The notes under the pieces: generated by a model
The model's input: the letters and a program-made list of their open reading frames with translations, nothing else
What the model was told of the DNA's origin: nothing
Databases searched by the model: none
Translations under genes and position numbers: made by a program
Shown: piece by piece, positions 36,225-47,885 of the stretch
Numbering within the stretch: position 1 is the first letter of the stretch
Layout of the letters: each line of letters begins with the position of its first letter
From: Vicugna vicugna
Lineage: Eukaryota
Direction: 5' to 3'
Assembly (NCBI GenBank): GCA_013265495.1
Contig: MU058844.1
Span: forward strand, 1,556,941 to 1,620,940
Length of the DNA: 64,000 nt

Positions 36225-36390
36225 GATAGAACCACTGTTAAGCAAGGTATATAAGTTCTTGAGGTCTCTGTTTCTCCATCTGTACCATGAAGGTAATAAC
36301 GCCCTCCTAAAACGTCGTTTTGAGGGTTAAGGAGAAAATATATGTGATTCCATAGAAGTACTTAATAAACAATAATTACTCTCATTAGTA
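36225..36390 (+). mobile_element. MIR SINE
   Basis: gcaaggtatataagttcttgaggtctctgtttctccatctgtac...gttttgagggttaagg. Confidence 0.65.
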
Positions 36391-37949
36391 TTAAGCCTTC
36401 ACATTGTGTAGGACTTCTGTCATTTTGAGAGAGATACAGATGTGATGGAGTGGAACTCCTTCCCCAGGGAGTCAGCCTGCAAAGAAATAAACAATACTGC
36501 TCACAGAACGACTCTCCATTAGGATGGTAATAAATACAGCTCCCAGCTCTTGGTGAAATAGTCCCAATGATTATCAAGTTCTTATTTTTCTCTGTCAAAA
36601 GAAGTAAGATTATAGCCCTGGGTCAGTTTGACTTAAATCTAGTTTCTGGTCATCAGGGCCCAATGCAAAGTACCTTTTAAAAATCAGAATTCTCCAAAAG
36701 AAGGGAACTTTTTAATGTGGTAGTATTTTAATAAGTTATTTTCATGTACTATTTTTAAGCAGTAAAATTGTAACAGTACTGACAATTATGCAACTTAATT
36801 AATATTTTCTTTTGGTTTTCTGCTTATGCCTGGGGATAGTACTGAGAAAGAAAGTACTTTAAAATTATTTTAAAGATCGAATGAATAAATAACGCAACAC
36901 AATTGATTTATCCTTCCCTGGATTGTAAGATTTGGAACAAAATTAAAAAGGTAATTTTTAATAGTAGATTTTTTTCTCTGTAGTTAATACATTATGTCAG
37001 TTAAATTCCCATCTTCTCAAGTTTAAAAATAAAACCGGTATTTGTTTCTCTAAATTTTTGAGAGTTATGTTTTATTGACCCACGTGTAAAATACAGAAAC
37101 TTCCAAAATGAATTAGCCAAAATATAAAACAGATTTTTTGGGATAAAGGCTAATACTTGCTGTCACCATATGACTTCCTTGGAAGTCATCAGTTGTTGGA
37201 TGACTATAGCTGTTGTTCGCAAAGTTCAACCAGTCACTCTCCAGGGTTCAATAGTTCATCCCTGATAAGCATCTACAGTTACATCTGGTTTTCAAACTTC
37301 CCAGGAAAATCTTTAAAGCATCGTCTTATTAATTTTCTCATTATTTCTTATTGTATCTACACTGGCATTAAAAGGTATTAATAGGGCTTAAAACAGTATA
37401 TCCAGAAAGGAAAAAAAATGCCCTTTTATTAATCTAAGCGTGAAGTGGAAATTCTCCAAGTTGATTATGTCTTGCTTCATGATCCATGTACGCCAGGGAC
37501 TTGGGCTCAGGCCTGACTCCAAAGCTCACACTGACCTTCTCAGCTTTCAGCTATTCCTTCTATAATAACAAAGAGAAAAAGCAAACTAAGAAACCAAGAA
37601 AGTCTTCACCTGTCTAAGGTTCTATATCCTTCATGTTGTTTTCCCCACTAGCTCCACGATTTGTCTTTGTAACAGTCCCATTTTGAAGCTTTTAGTCTTC
37701 CTATTTGGTTCTGACATCCTATTCAGGTGAACAATTTCCTATTACTCTCCTGGCTACTGTCTCCCTTCAGAGAAGAAAACATTGATGGTAGGAGAAACAT
37801 CTTGTATGTCTAGTATTTCAAAGTGTGAACTTTGCTTTCATTTTGCCCCAGTGTCATCTTCTGCAAAATGATCCAGGGTGGGTTCTCCAATGTCAAAACC
37901 CTTCAAGTCCTAATCTTGAAGATGGGAGAAATTAGTGCCTGGATTCCTG

Positions 37950-38185
37950 CAGCCTGAGTGCCTGGATTTGAAGCCTGTTTTTAGCACCTGCTATTGCTTT
38001 GATTGTCCCCAGTGGCTTTCTTTTTATAAGCCTCAGTTTTCTTATCTGTGGTGTGGGCCTAATAATAATTCCTTCGCCAGAGTATTGTTATGAAAATTAC
38101 ATGAGACACACACACACTACTAAAAAAGTAAAAAAAGTATCCAGCATATACTAAGTGCTCAGTATATATTAGCTACTATCACTAG
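37950..38185 (+). mobile_element. MIR SINE
   Basis: gcctggatttgaagcctg...aagcctcagttttcttatctgt...gttatgaaaattacatgaga...atactaagtgctcagta...ttagctacta. Confidence 0.75.
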
Positions 38186-38224
38186 CCATTTCTACTGGTT
38201 TACCAGTTAAGTTTATAAGGTACT

Positions 38225-38390
38225 TTCAGGTACAGCGTTTCAATTAACCTTCATAAGAATCCTGATAGCAGGATAAGTGCTGAGGCCCAGAAAGCTTCAT
38301 TGACTTATTTAAGATTAAGTGTTGATGTTAGATCAAGAACTGAAACCCACATCTCAGTCTCCTGGTCCAGGGTTCTTTCAGCTACACAAA
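38225..38390 (-). mobile_element. MIR fragment
   Basis: ctgaggcccagaaag...tgacttatttaagat...gaactgaaacccacatctc...ctggtccagggttcttt. Confidence 0.6.
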
Positions 38391-39339
38391 CATAATAATA
38401 CATTTGCAACACAATTAGTCTTTGGCGGCTCATACTCTAGATTTTATCATCTTTATAAGATTTTCTGAGTCTTTGTTGATGATGCAGTAGCTGTTGTTAT
38501 TTTAAGCGACATGGTCACTAAGGATCATGGAGATTTCTTACCTGAACTACCTAGTCTAGGAGCAATGTCCACCTTCATGTGTAATTATAGTAAACTTGGG
38601 TAAAGTCTAAAGGCAAACATTCTTTTCTCCATCACTCACACTTTCCTGAGGATGTAGGTTGGGATAGAGAATGGATTATGGTGAAGTTAATTTGAGGATG
38701 ACCATGCAGATGAAAACTGCTGCTTCATTTGGGTAAAAGTGTGTCACTCCTGGGACATTCTGTAACAGTAGTGCGAACTGTGAGTGTGTGTGTATGTGTG
38801 TATCGGTGGGTCTAACTGTACAGAAATGGAGAGAGTAGTCCTTTTTCAGAAGCCACACTGACATGTTTCTGTTCAAATACGTTAATCAACATTCCCATTT
38901 CAACTATTTATTTGAAGAGCACAAGTTCAAGTGAAGGGCTGACTTACTTGGCCCCTTTACTGAGAAAGAAAGTGTGATTAATTTCTGTGCTTACAAGGAT
39001 AGAAGTACAGAAAGCTTTTCTTTCCCTTTGTTATCCCTGTGACATCTACTGACCGACACCTGGCAATTCTCTGGGACAAAATGTGCAGAAGAGAATAGCA
39101 GTGAGCAGACAGACAAGGTGTGAAAGGTATAGGGAGACAAACTGGGTGGGAAGTGCATTTTACAAAGTATGAAATAGAGTGTTTTATTTATTTTATTTTA
39201 GAAACCCAAAAAGGCATTACTTAGAGGAAATATAATCTGAGATGGGTTAAGGAGCCAAGCAAGACAGAGCCACCAACCGATCTTAGACTTGGCTCCTTTT
39301 AACCAGACTCCTTGTTTTGATCTCACCAGGAAAAGAGGT

Positions 39340-39560
39340 TATTTGTTATTGAATGTATAGTGCATGACAGGTACAATTATAAACATGTCAACTGCATCAT
39401 GATTTAATTTTCTTACAACAATCCTAACAATCCTTTGCTGTGGGTATTTGGTTCCTGTTTTACACATAAGGTTTAGAAAATTTACACAGTCTTCAAAGAG
39501 ATGATAAGTCGAAGTTTGAACACATTTCTTCCTGGCTCTGAAACTTGCCATCTTTGCCAC
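39340..39560 (-). mobile_element. MIR SINE
   Basis: ttattgaatg...atttaattttcttacaacaatcct...cctgttttacacataagg...tttgaacacattt...ctggctctgaaac. Confidence 0.65.
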
Positions 39561-39598
39561 GGCACTCAGCATCTGCTGAGGACGATGTCCATGGGATG

Positions 39599-40002
39599 TG
39601 TGATGGTTAATTTCATAGGTCATAGTACCCAGATATTTGGTCAGACATTTTTCTAGATGTTTCTGTGATGATGTTTCTGCATTTTTAGAATAGATTAACA
39701 TTTAAATCAGTAGATATTGAGCGAAGCAGATTACCTTCCATAATGTAAGTGGGCCTCATCCAATCAGTTAAAGGCCTTAACAGAACAAGAACTGAAGTCC
39801 TGATAGAAGAAGGAGTTCTGTCAGCAGACAGCCCCTGACTTGAACAGCAACATTGTTGCTGGGTCTCCAGCTTGCTGGCCCACTGCAGATTTCAGATTTG
39901 CAGCCTCCATAATCACGTGAGCCAGTTCCTTCAAATGAATCTCTCCTTCCACCCATACACATCCTACTGGTTCTGTTTCTCTGGGGAATCCTGACTAATG
40001 CA
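39599..40002 (+). mobile_element. MLT2 (ERVL) solo LTR, MLT2C/D-like
   Basis: tgtgatggttaattt...gtgggcctcatccaatcagttaaaggcctta...ggttctgtttctctggggaatcctgactaatgca; 5-bp TSD ggatg/ggata. Confidence 0.92.
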
Positions 40003-40334
40003 GGATACTTCCCCTCTTCATTCAGGTGAGCTGGCTGAGAGATGAGCCCAGAGCATGTTTGCCTCGGGTGGCTTTGTAGGTCATGCGATCCAGGCGGGTG
40101 TGAGGAGCCACCATGAGCTTTCTCAGGGTGTTAGCATGGTGGCTCAGAGCAGATGAATCTCCTTTTCTCCGATGCATGACAATCCTTCTTACTCCCTGGT
40201 TTACTAGCATAAGATGGGCCACATTATTTAGTATTTAGTAAATACATTCCAGTTTATCTTGGGAATATACTCAGAAGTTAGTCCACAGTTAGTACATATG
40301 TAAAATAAATATAAATATATAGATATTCTTATAT

Positions 40335-40490
40335 AAAAATAACATTTTATGAAAGCCTATTACATGCCACATACCATGATATATCTATATCCAAAAAGAT
40401 ATGGCATCTTTTTTCCCTTCAAAAACAACTCTAAGAAACAAATTTGGTGATCCTAATTTTTCAGATGAGGAAACTAAGACTCAACTATAC
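40335..40490 (-). mobile_element. MIR fragment
   Basis: aacaactctaag...cctaatttttcagatgaggaaactaagactca. Confidence 0.7.
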
Positions 40491-42479
40491 AGACAAAAAC
40501 GAGTGTTTGCAAGCCTAAACTATTGGTGAGTGAAAAAATATGCCCCCACTGGAGAATTCAAAATGTTTCTTCATTTATAAGTTGATGCACCTACTTCCAA
40601 AAGTGAATGAAAGTATGCTGACATTTTTTGGAAGGGGAGGGGATTAACTTGTAAAAGTTAAGAATTGTCTACTTTGCATAATATCTCTTTTATTTATCTT
40701 GCTTCTTATCACAAATGATCTTTCAGACTTTGGAATTTGGTCATTACAAAAGCTCACTAACAAGTTACAACCAGTTAGTGAACAGAAGCAAAATGTAGAA
40801 CATTTTCTTAAGTGCTCCTTGACTCCTTCCAAATCAGGAGTTTATTTTAATAAGCTGTGTTTCATATGACATTTTGTGGGAAAACCAATGGGAGCCACAT
40901 AAGCATCTACCAATGTAAATGAGGCCACCATGTTTGGAAATTTATGGCTTAACACAATATAGTCTCTAATATTTAGCTCCAACTCTAAAGGCAATATTAT
41001 CTCTTTATCCTATGAAATTAGCATGGCTGACCAAACTACATCTGAAAAAATTAGATGAGGTTTAAAGAAGTCAGACTGTGGTGGGCAGATAACTTTAGTA
41101 CAAGTCTAAAATAGAATCAAGAACATTGGAGCTGTTCTACTTCTGAACACGGAGACATTTTGCCAAGACGTGTCATCATCACCATAAAGAGTGCATTAGA
41201 GATGGGGAAAAATGTTGGAAAGTCCCACAGTGAGGTGGCTGCCAAGGCAGGTGCTTCTCTGTGACCCTTACCCCAGGTAACCAGGGTGTTATCAAATTTA
41301 GCTCATAAATGATTCAAAGAAGTATGAACAGAGGAAATATTCTAAACTAGAAAAAAAAATAGCTAAGTTTCTCTACAGTCTTGGTTTATTTCCAATAAGT
41401 CTTAACCTCTTTTTCCATCTTCCTCTCCCCTCCAGAGCTAAAAATGTTCAGTTCAAAATAAAGAGCCTGTGATGAGCATCTACACTGATAGAATAATCTG
41501 ATGATTATTTCAGCCTGGTTAATTAAGTGAGTAAGGTTCAAAAACATGGAATTGAGTTAAAGATAATTGCTACTTTATATCCACAACCCTTTGTAAGCTC
41601 AGAGAAACAACTGGGTCAAAATATTTAATTGATTTAAAGTTGAAGTGGATTTTAATATTACAGATGCTCTTTGTGATTCTCTTCAAGTTTATTTGAATGG
41701 GATCAATAAGGGGATGAAAGTTTCTGAAAGAAGACAATGCTTCATTGATACCAAGTGACTATGTGTGCTGAGTTACCACTGGGTGTGTGGCACAAGCTTC
41801 AGAGCATAATGGGGGAAAGAAGCCTGGCCCACTTTCGGTGGACTTCGTCAGAACTCATACACATCTCTCTTCTGCTGAAAAGTAATAGATGTCTACTGGA
41901 AAAAGAAAAGAGACCTCTCCTCTTTGATATGTCACTTACAGGGAGAATCAGTGTGTTGTGAGGCAACAGGATGTGGGTGTCTGACTCACAACACAAGGAG
42001 GCCACATGATGCGGATGTTGACATCAGCAGCTGCAGGGACATTTCCTTGGGTTTCACACCAACAGCAGTTGAACCCGCTCCTCTGAGTAGCAACACACAC
42101 AGCACCAGGCAAGACTTTGCGGCTCAGCATCTCACTCATGGTCCTGATGTCCACAGTGTCTTAGGGGAAAGCTGACATTGCTCAACAGCCCTCCTCCCTC
42201 CGTGGCCTGCCTTTTCCTGTGACCGTTTTCACAGCTGTCATGCTCCAATCTGCCCAGGAAGAGGAGGGCTGCCAGCGGAGGGCTGGGAGGGGCGTGCTCA
42301 CCATTCAGCTACCCAAGAGAGGACAACAGTCATTTTTCCCGTTCCTGGTCCCACCTACTTTATAACAATGGAAAGATGTTGCTCCCTAAAATACCGATGA
42401 GGCTGGAAGGCACAGGTGTGCTCTCCTCCATCCTGTGGACCCTGAGCTGTCTCTCCCTGAGACCTCTACAGACCAGACA

Positions 42480-42645
42480 GTTTCTTATGTGACACAGATC
42501 ATTTTCTGCCTCTCCTAATTAGTGTGTGTATGCAAGTCTTATCCCTTCTCTTTGAAACTGGGAACATGACCCACTAACCTTTTTATTGTCCATGGCAGCT
42601 ATAAGAGACCCTGAAAATAAATATTTGTTAAACTGAATAAACTTC
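42480..42645 (+). mobile_element. L2 3' end
   Basis: Ends aataaatatttgttaaactgaataaa, a degenerate L2 tail. Confidence 0.5.
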
Positions 42646-42677
42646 AGAAGCATTTGAGTGGAAAACAATAGTTGTAT

Positions 42678-43045
42678 TAATCCATTAACTATTTACTGAG
42701 TGATTGCTGTGTTCTAAGCATTGTCCTAGTTCTAAGTGACATGAACATACACTCATACACTGGAGCAGGAGAGAGAGAGATCACAGGGTGTGCTGGAAGT
42801 ACAGAACATAAAGGAATGAGGTCTGCCTGGGACAATCAGTCAAGGCTTCCAGGAGAGGACGAGGTGATCTGGATCCTGAAGGATGGGTGATATTGAACAG
42901 GCAGAAAAGAGGAAAAGGATATTCCAGGCAAAGTGAATACTCCATGCAAAACCACAGTCATGGAAGCAATGTTTTAATCAGGAAACTAAGGAAAGTTCAG
43001 GGTGACTGAGGCACTGAGAGGAATAGAGAAGGAAGGGAGAAAGGA
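42678..43045 (-). mobile_element. L2 3' fragment (probably resumes at ~44170-44295)
   Basis: tatttactgagtgattgctgtgttctaagcattgtccta...aggcttccaggagagg...tcctgaaggatgg...attccaggcaaagtgaatactccatgcaaa. Confidence 0.75.
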
Positions 43046-43049
43046 GAGG

Positions 43050-43277
43050 GCATTTATTTTCTTTTACTGCATCACAAATGACCACAAACTTAGTGGCTTA
43101 AAACAACACATATTTATCTCAAGGTTTCTGTGGGATAACTGGGTCCTTTGCTTGGGGTCTCACCAGGTTGAAATCATGGAGTTTCCTGGGCCTATGATCT
43201 CTTCTGAGGCTCAGGGGCCTCTTCCAAGCTCACAGAGTTGTTGGCAGAGTTCAGTTCTTTGAAGCTATGCAATCCAG

Positions 43278-43313
<36 letters not shown>

Positions 43314-43956
43314 NNNNNNNNNNNNNNNNNNNNNNNNNNNNNNNNNNNNNNNNNNNNNNNNNNNNNNNNNNNNNNNNNNNNNNNNNNNNNNNNNNNNNNN
43401 NNNNNNNNNNNNNNNNNNNNNNNNNNNNNNNNNNNNNNNNNNNNNNNNNNNNNNNNNNNNNNNNNNNNNNNNNNNNNNNNNNNNNNNNNNNNNNNNNNNN
43501 NNNNNNNNNNNNNNNNNNNNNNNNNNNNNNNNNNNNNNNNNNNNNNNNNNNNNNNNNNNNNNNNNNNNNNNNNNNNNNNNNNNNNNNNNNNNNNTTTTTT
43601 TTTTTTTTTTTTTTTTTTGCTAGTTGTTGACTGGAGACTACTCTAAGCTCCTGGAGGTCACCCTCAGGTCTTTGTCACATGGCTGCTCCATAGGCTCTGT
43701 CACCACAGACCAGTTTGCTTCATTTCTGAGGCCAACAGGAGGGCATACTCCTGATACTTCCCCATCGCTTAAAGCACTCACCTGATTAGGCCTGGCCCAC
43801 CCAGGCTATTCTCCCTTTAAATTAGCTCATCAAGTGATAAGTAAGATACACCATAATAGTCACTAGCCCTGCCCAAACTCAGAGGGAGGGTATTATGGCA
43901 GAGTGTATGTGCAGGAGGTTGAAATCTTGCTGCTGTCTTAGAATTCTTCCTACCAC
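43050..43956 (-). mobile_element. MLT1E/F-like MaLR solo LTR interrupted by poly-T and an assembly gap
   Basis: acaaatgaccacaaacttagtggcttaaaacaacaca...gttgttggcagagttcagttc...cacctgattaggcctggcccacccagg...ttagaattcttcctaccaca. Confidence 0.88.
43314..43594. other. Assembly gap (281 N) flanked by poly-T runs
   Basis: Direct reading: T run 43280-43313, N 43314-43594, T run 43595-43618. Confidence 0.99.
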
Positions 43957-44401
43957 AGAGGAAGCGGAGTGAATGGTGGAGAAAAAAACTGGACTCCAAA
44001 ACTTGAATTTTCTCTAAGCCATGCCATTTATGATCCATCTAGTGTTGGGTCCCTTCATTAATATAAATTATTTTACCTATGAAATGGCAGGATAACCTTT
44101 GTAGAGATGGTCTAAGTAGTAAATACAGTAACTTATCATAAAAAAACTCTGCACACTGCTTTGGGTATGTATGGTTTGGCATAAAGATCTTGTGAGCCAC
44201 ACTGAGGAGCTCACACTTTCCTCTCTAGGGCAGAGAGTGGAAAACTCATCAAAGTCTCTCAGAAGGGAAAAAGCATGATGAGATTTACTTTCTTGCAGTG
44301 GGCCCTGAGTTTCAGCAGTCTGGCCTCAAACCAACTACTCATTTGGATTTTAGTTCTAACAGATACGAGGAATTTGGTAGTCATCTTTTTAGGAGGTTTT
44401 T

Positions 44402-44671
44402 AAAAAATTTTTAAATTGAAATGTGGTTGATTTGCAATGTTCACTTCAGGTGTACGGCAAAGTGATTCATTTATACGTATACATGCATTTTTTTTTCAGA
44501 TTATTTTCCATTATATGTTTTTACAAGAAATTGAATACAGTTCCCTGTGCTATACAGTAGGTCCTTGCTGTTTATCTATTTTATATATAGCCTGTGTATC
44601 TGTTAATCCCTAATCCCTAATTTATGTCTCCCCGCTCTTCCCTCTTTGGTAACCAAAGTTTGTTTTCTATG
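44402..44671 (-). mobile_element. Short cetartiodactyl-type L1 3' end with TSD
   Basis: aattgaaatgtggttgatttgcaatgtt...gaatacagttccctgtgctatacagtaggtcc...tttggtaaccaaagtttgttttctatg; TSD taggaggttttt (44390-44401) / taggagtttttt (44672-44683). Confidence 0.88.
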
Positions 44672-44679
44672 TAGGAGTT

Positions 44680-45585
44680 TTTTTATTATGAAGAATTTCA
44701 AACATATCCAAAGTAAACAGAATAGTGTAATGATTCCCCATGTACTTTTCACCAAGGCTCAATAGCATCAGCATTCTGCCACGTGTGTTTCATCTGTGTC
44801 TCTCCCCTCTTCCAACTTCCCCCAACTTTACTATTATTTCTTTATATCGTTCTTTTTAGGTTCAGGTCAATATACATGTATTAGGACCTACTAATCTTAA
44901 CTGTATAATTTTGACTAATTGATACACCCATGTACCCCATACCCTTATCAAGATATAAAATATTTTTATCTCAGGAAGTTCCCCCTTACTTCTTCCCAGT
45001 CTGCCCCTCGTACCTTGCTCAGAGATGGCCACTGCTCCCAATTTTTACCCATAATTTAGTTTTATCAGTTTCATAACTTCATGCAAATGGAATTATACGG
45101 CATGGACTCTTCTGTGTCTTTTTTTCCCCCGCATAACGTCTGTGAGATGCATTTGTGTCGTCGAGTGGATTAGCGGATTGTTTCTTTGTATTGCTGAGTA
45201 GTGTTCCATTAAAAGCATTTTTTTTTCATTCTTTACATACCTGGGCTGTTTCCATTTGGGGCTATTACAAATAAAGCTGCTATGTATATACTTATAGTGT
45301 CCATCTTTATGTGGACATTTATTTTCACTCTTCTTGGGTAAATATATAGAAGTGGGATTGCTGAGTCAAAGGGCAAGTGTATGTTTAAATTTGTTAGAAG
45401 CTGCCACACTTGCTTCCAAAGTGTCTGGAGCTTTTTATAGTCTCACCACCAATGTATGAGTTACAGTTACTCTGCATCCTTTCCAACACCTGGTGTTGCC
45501 AGTCTTAATTTCAGCCCTTCTGCTGGGTGTATACTGGTCTTACTGTGGTTTTAATTTGCATTTCTCTGACGACTAATGATTTTGG
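44680..45585 (-). mobile_element. Two stacked older L1M 3' fragments (~44680-44840 and ~44855-45585)
   Basis: attatgaagaatttcaaacata...aatagtgtaatgattcccca; then acacccatgtacc...tattgctgagtagtgttccatt...agtgggattgctgagtcaaaggg...gtggttttaatttgcatttctctgacgactaatga. Confidence 0.85.
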
Positions 45586-45619
45586 GTAATCAGATTTTAG
45601 ATGTGGAATAACATTGCTC

Positions 45620-45810
45620 AAGAGCATCAGTTGAATTGACCCTGGTTCAAATCCTGGCTCTGCTCTTGCCAGGCAAGATTTTTGACTTCTTTGCAAAATA
45701 AATACATCCTAGTATCTTCTTCATGGAGTTGTTATAACAAGTGAGGCAATACGTATAAAGTTCTTAGCAAAGTACATGCCTGATAAAAGAGTACTTTTAC
45801 TATTCATGGG
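45620..45810 (+). mobile_element. MIR SINE
   Basis: gaccctggttcaaatcctggctctgctctt...gttgttataac...gtataaagttcttagca. Confidence 0.7.
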
Positions 45811-46499
45811 GACTATTTAATAAACTATGCTTATTGACACATACATAGTCAAGTAGGTGATTTTACACTATTTCTAAATACAGGGAATTAAAGGCGGGAG
45901 TCTCTTGTACGAACAAAGGCTGAAATCCCAAACATCCCTTTCTCACCTAATAGATCGTGTAACCAAGCCTCTCTCCACCCAGAACATCCTGGACTGCTCG
46001 GACTTGGCTACAGTCTCAGTCCGCTTCCCCCATAGTGAACAGACATGGATTCCAAGCCTGCAGCTGCCTGTATATCTTCCCCCAGCGTTGTTCTGCAGAA
46101 ACAGACACTGCCTGGATCCCCCATTTCTCTCTTTTCTCCACCTCTACTTCCCTCTTTTCATTATTTTCAACATACACCATTTAAAATATATTTTAAATTG
46201 AAGAAAAGGAAGGCAAAAATGATTCTCGGGAGTAGTATCCATTCTGGAGGTGGGAGTGAGGGAGATACAGCCTTTGGAAAATAAAGGAAGGATAAGCTCT
46301 TTCTTCTCAAATATCTATTTGGTTAAAATCACCAGGCATTCAGGTAGGGGTGACATACTTCCTCCTGCCTCTTCTCCCCCACAGGGTATGGGATGTAAGA
46401 ACACCCAGGATCTCAGAGGAGGGCATGAATAGTTTAAAAAAATCTTCCAGGTGATTCTGATGCCCTCCTGCCCCCATCTCCTATATCTTATGGAAACTG

Positions 46500-46865
46500 A
46501 CTTGTTAGAACTGGAAGACAAGAGGGTGAAGGACAGAGCCTGGAACTCTCCAGAAATGCAAGAAGTGGTTGAAACAACTAAGAGGGCTGAAGGCAAGCAG
46601 CTAGCAAAACAGGAGCAAAGCCAGGTGTAAGAGGCTCCTGTACACTCAAAAGGAAAGGGAGTGTCAAAATTATGAAATGCCTCATAGAAGTGAAAGAGGG
46701 TGAGGACTAAACATAGCTCACTGGAGCTGGACGTTAGGAAGTCTGAAAAGTCTGTGCGTATTGTTAAGGGTGAGTGGAGAGGGTGGAAGCCAGCTCTTAC
46801 TGGGTTCAAGGGTAAGTAGGAGATAAGTAAAGTCAGATTTCTTCTCTAAGGAATGGTTAGAAAAA
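46500..46865 (-). mobile_element. L2 fragment
   Basis: gtgtcaaaattatgaaatgcctcatagaagtgaaagagggtgaggacta...gtggagagggtggaagccag...tgggttcaagg. Confidence 0.65.
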
Positions 46866-46899
46866 TGGAGGAGAGAGGAGAAGAAAGGGGAAAAAAGAT

Positions 46900-47080
46900 A
46901 GGTTATGTAACTGTGGGCAAGTTATTTCTCTGGGCCTCAGTTTCTTCCTCTATAAAATGGGGTAATAGTACTTATCTCCCAGGATTTTGTCAGAATTAAA
47001 TAAATTAACAGATAGCAAATGCTTAAAACAGTTTTGGGAACCCAGGAAGTACTCAGAAAAGGCCAACTATTATTATACTA
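46900..47080 (+). mobile_element. MIR SINE
   Basis: tatgtaactgtgggcaagtta...ctctgggcctcagtttcttcctctataaaatggggtaatagtactta. Confidence 0.85.
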
Positions 47081-47654
47081 TTGAAGGAGAAATAGAGCAA
47101 CTCTTTTCTTCTTATCCCCCAAATCTCAGGGATCCTTAAATCTGCCCCTTTCCACTGCCTCCACCTGCTATTCCATTTAGGTAGGTGCCTCCTCCACATG
47201 TCAGACACACTGTACCCCTAATTCAGTTTCCAGTTGCTCCTCAGCTCAGCAGAGCCATAGTAAAAATTTTTTGAAAAGATTTTTTCCCTCTTCAAGTGGC
47301 TGTAAGACTAGAATAGCAAAAAACACAACCCATGGGGCAGTTATAACAACTCTGAAAAGAAACAGTATTACTTCTCATTGACTTTCGTTTCAATGTCAAT
47401 GGAACGAGCCCTCAGCATCTCAAAGGTTCCTGTATCCCCTCCTCTTCATCCCTCCTCTCTTCTACAATCTCTCTTCTTGTCTTGCAAGGTTTCCCAATAA
47501 CTATACTTTATTATCATTTTTTTGATCTTGGGGCTTTGCTTATTCAGCTCTCCTTGCGCTTCTAAAACACTGCCTCCATCGTCTAGTTGACCCTGTCTTT
47601 GGTATGGGGTACTGGGGAGTGAGAGAACAAATCAACGTAAGTGTTATAATGGAA

Positions 47655-47885
47655 GGGAACAGCGTGGGATCATGAAAAGATCATTGGTTTTCATGTCAGG
47701 AGGGCTTAAACCCTAGGTACAACACTTATGAGGTGGCAACATGACTTTGTTTCTCTGTGCTTTAGTTTCTTCATTATTTAATGTTATTAAAGTGGGGCTA
47801 ATAGCATGACCTATCTCATGGGGTTTAGTGAGAAATAAACAAAATCCCATGAAAGAGCCCCTGGTCGTGTAAGACCTGTACGTAC
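47655..47885 (+). mobile_element. MIR SINE
   Basis: cagcgtgggatcatgaaaagatcattggtttt...ctctgtgctttagtttcttcat...cctatctcatggggtttagtgaga. Confidence 0.6.

Noticed and set aside
43238..43630. ORFs containing poly-F and X runs
   Set aside because: Artefacts of the poly-T runs and the N gap.
46315..46809. Longest ORF (164 aa, minus strand)
   Set aside because: Mostly overlaps a decayed L2 fragment, has low-complexity S/L/F composition and no recognisable domain.
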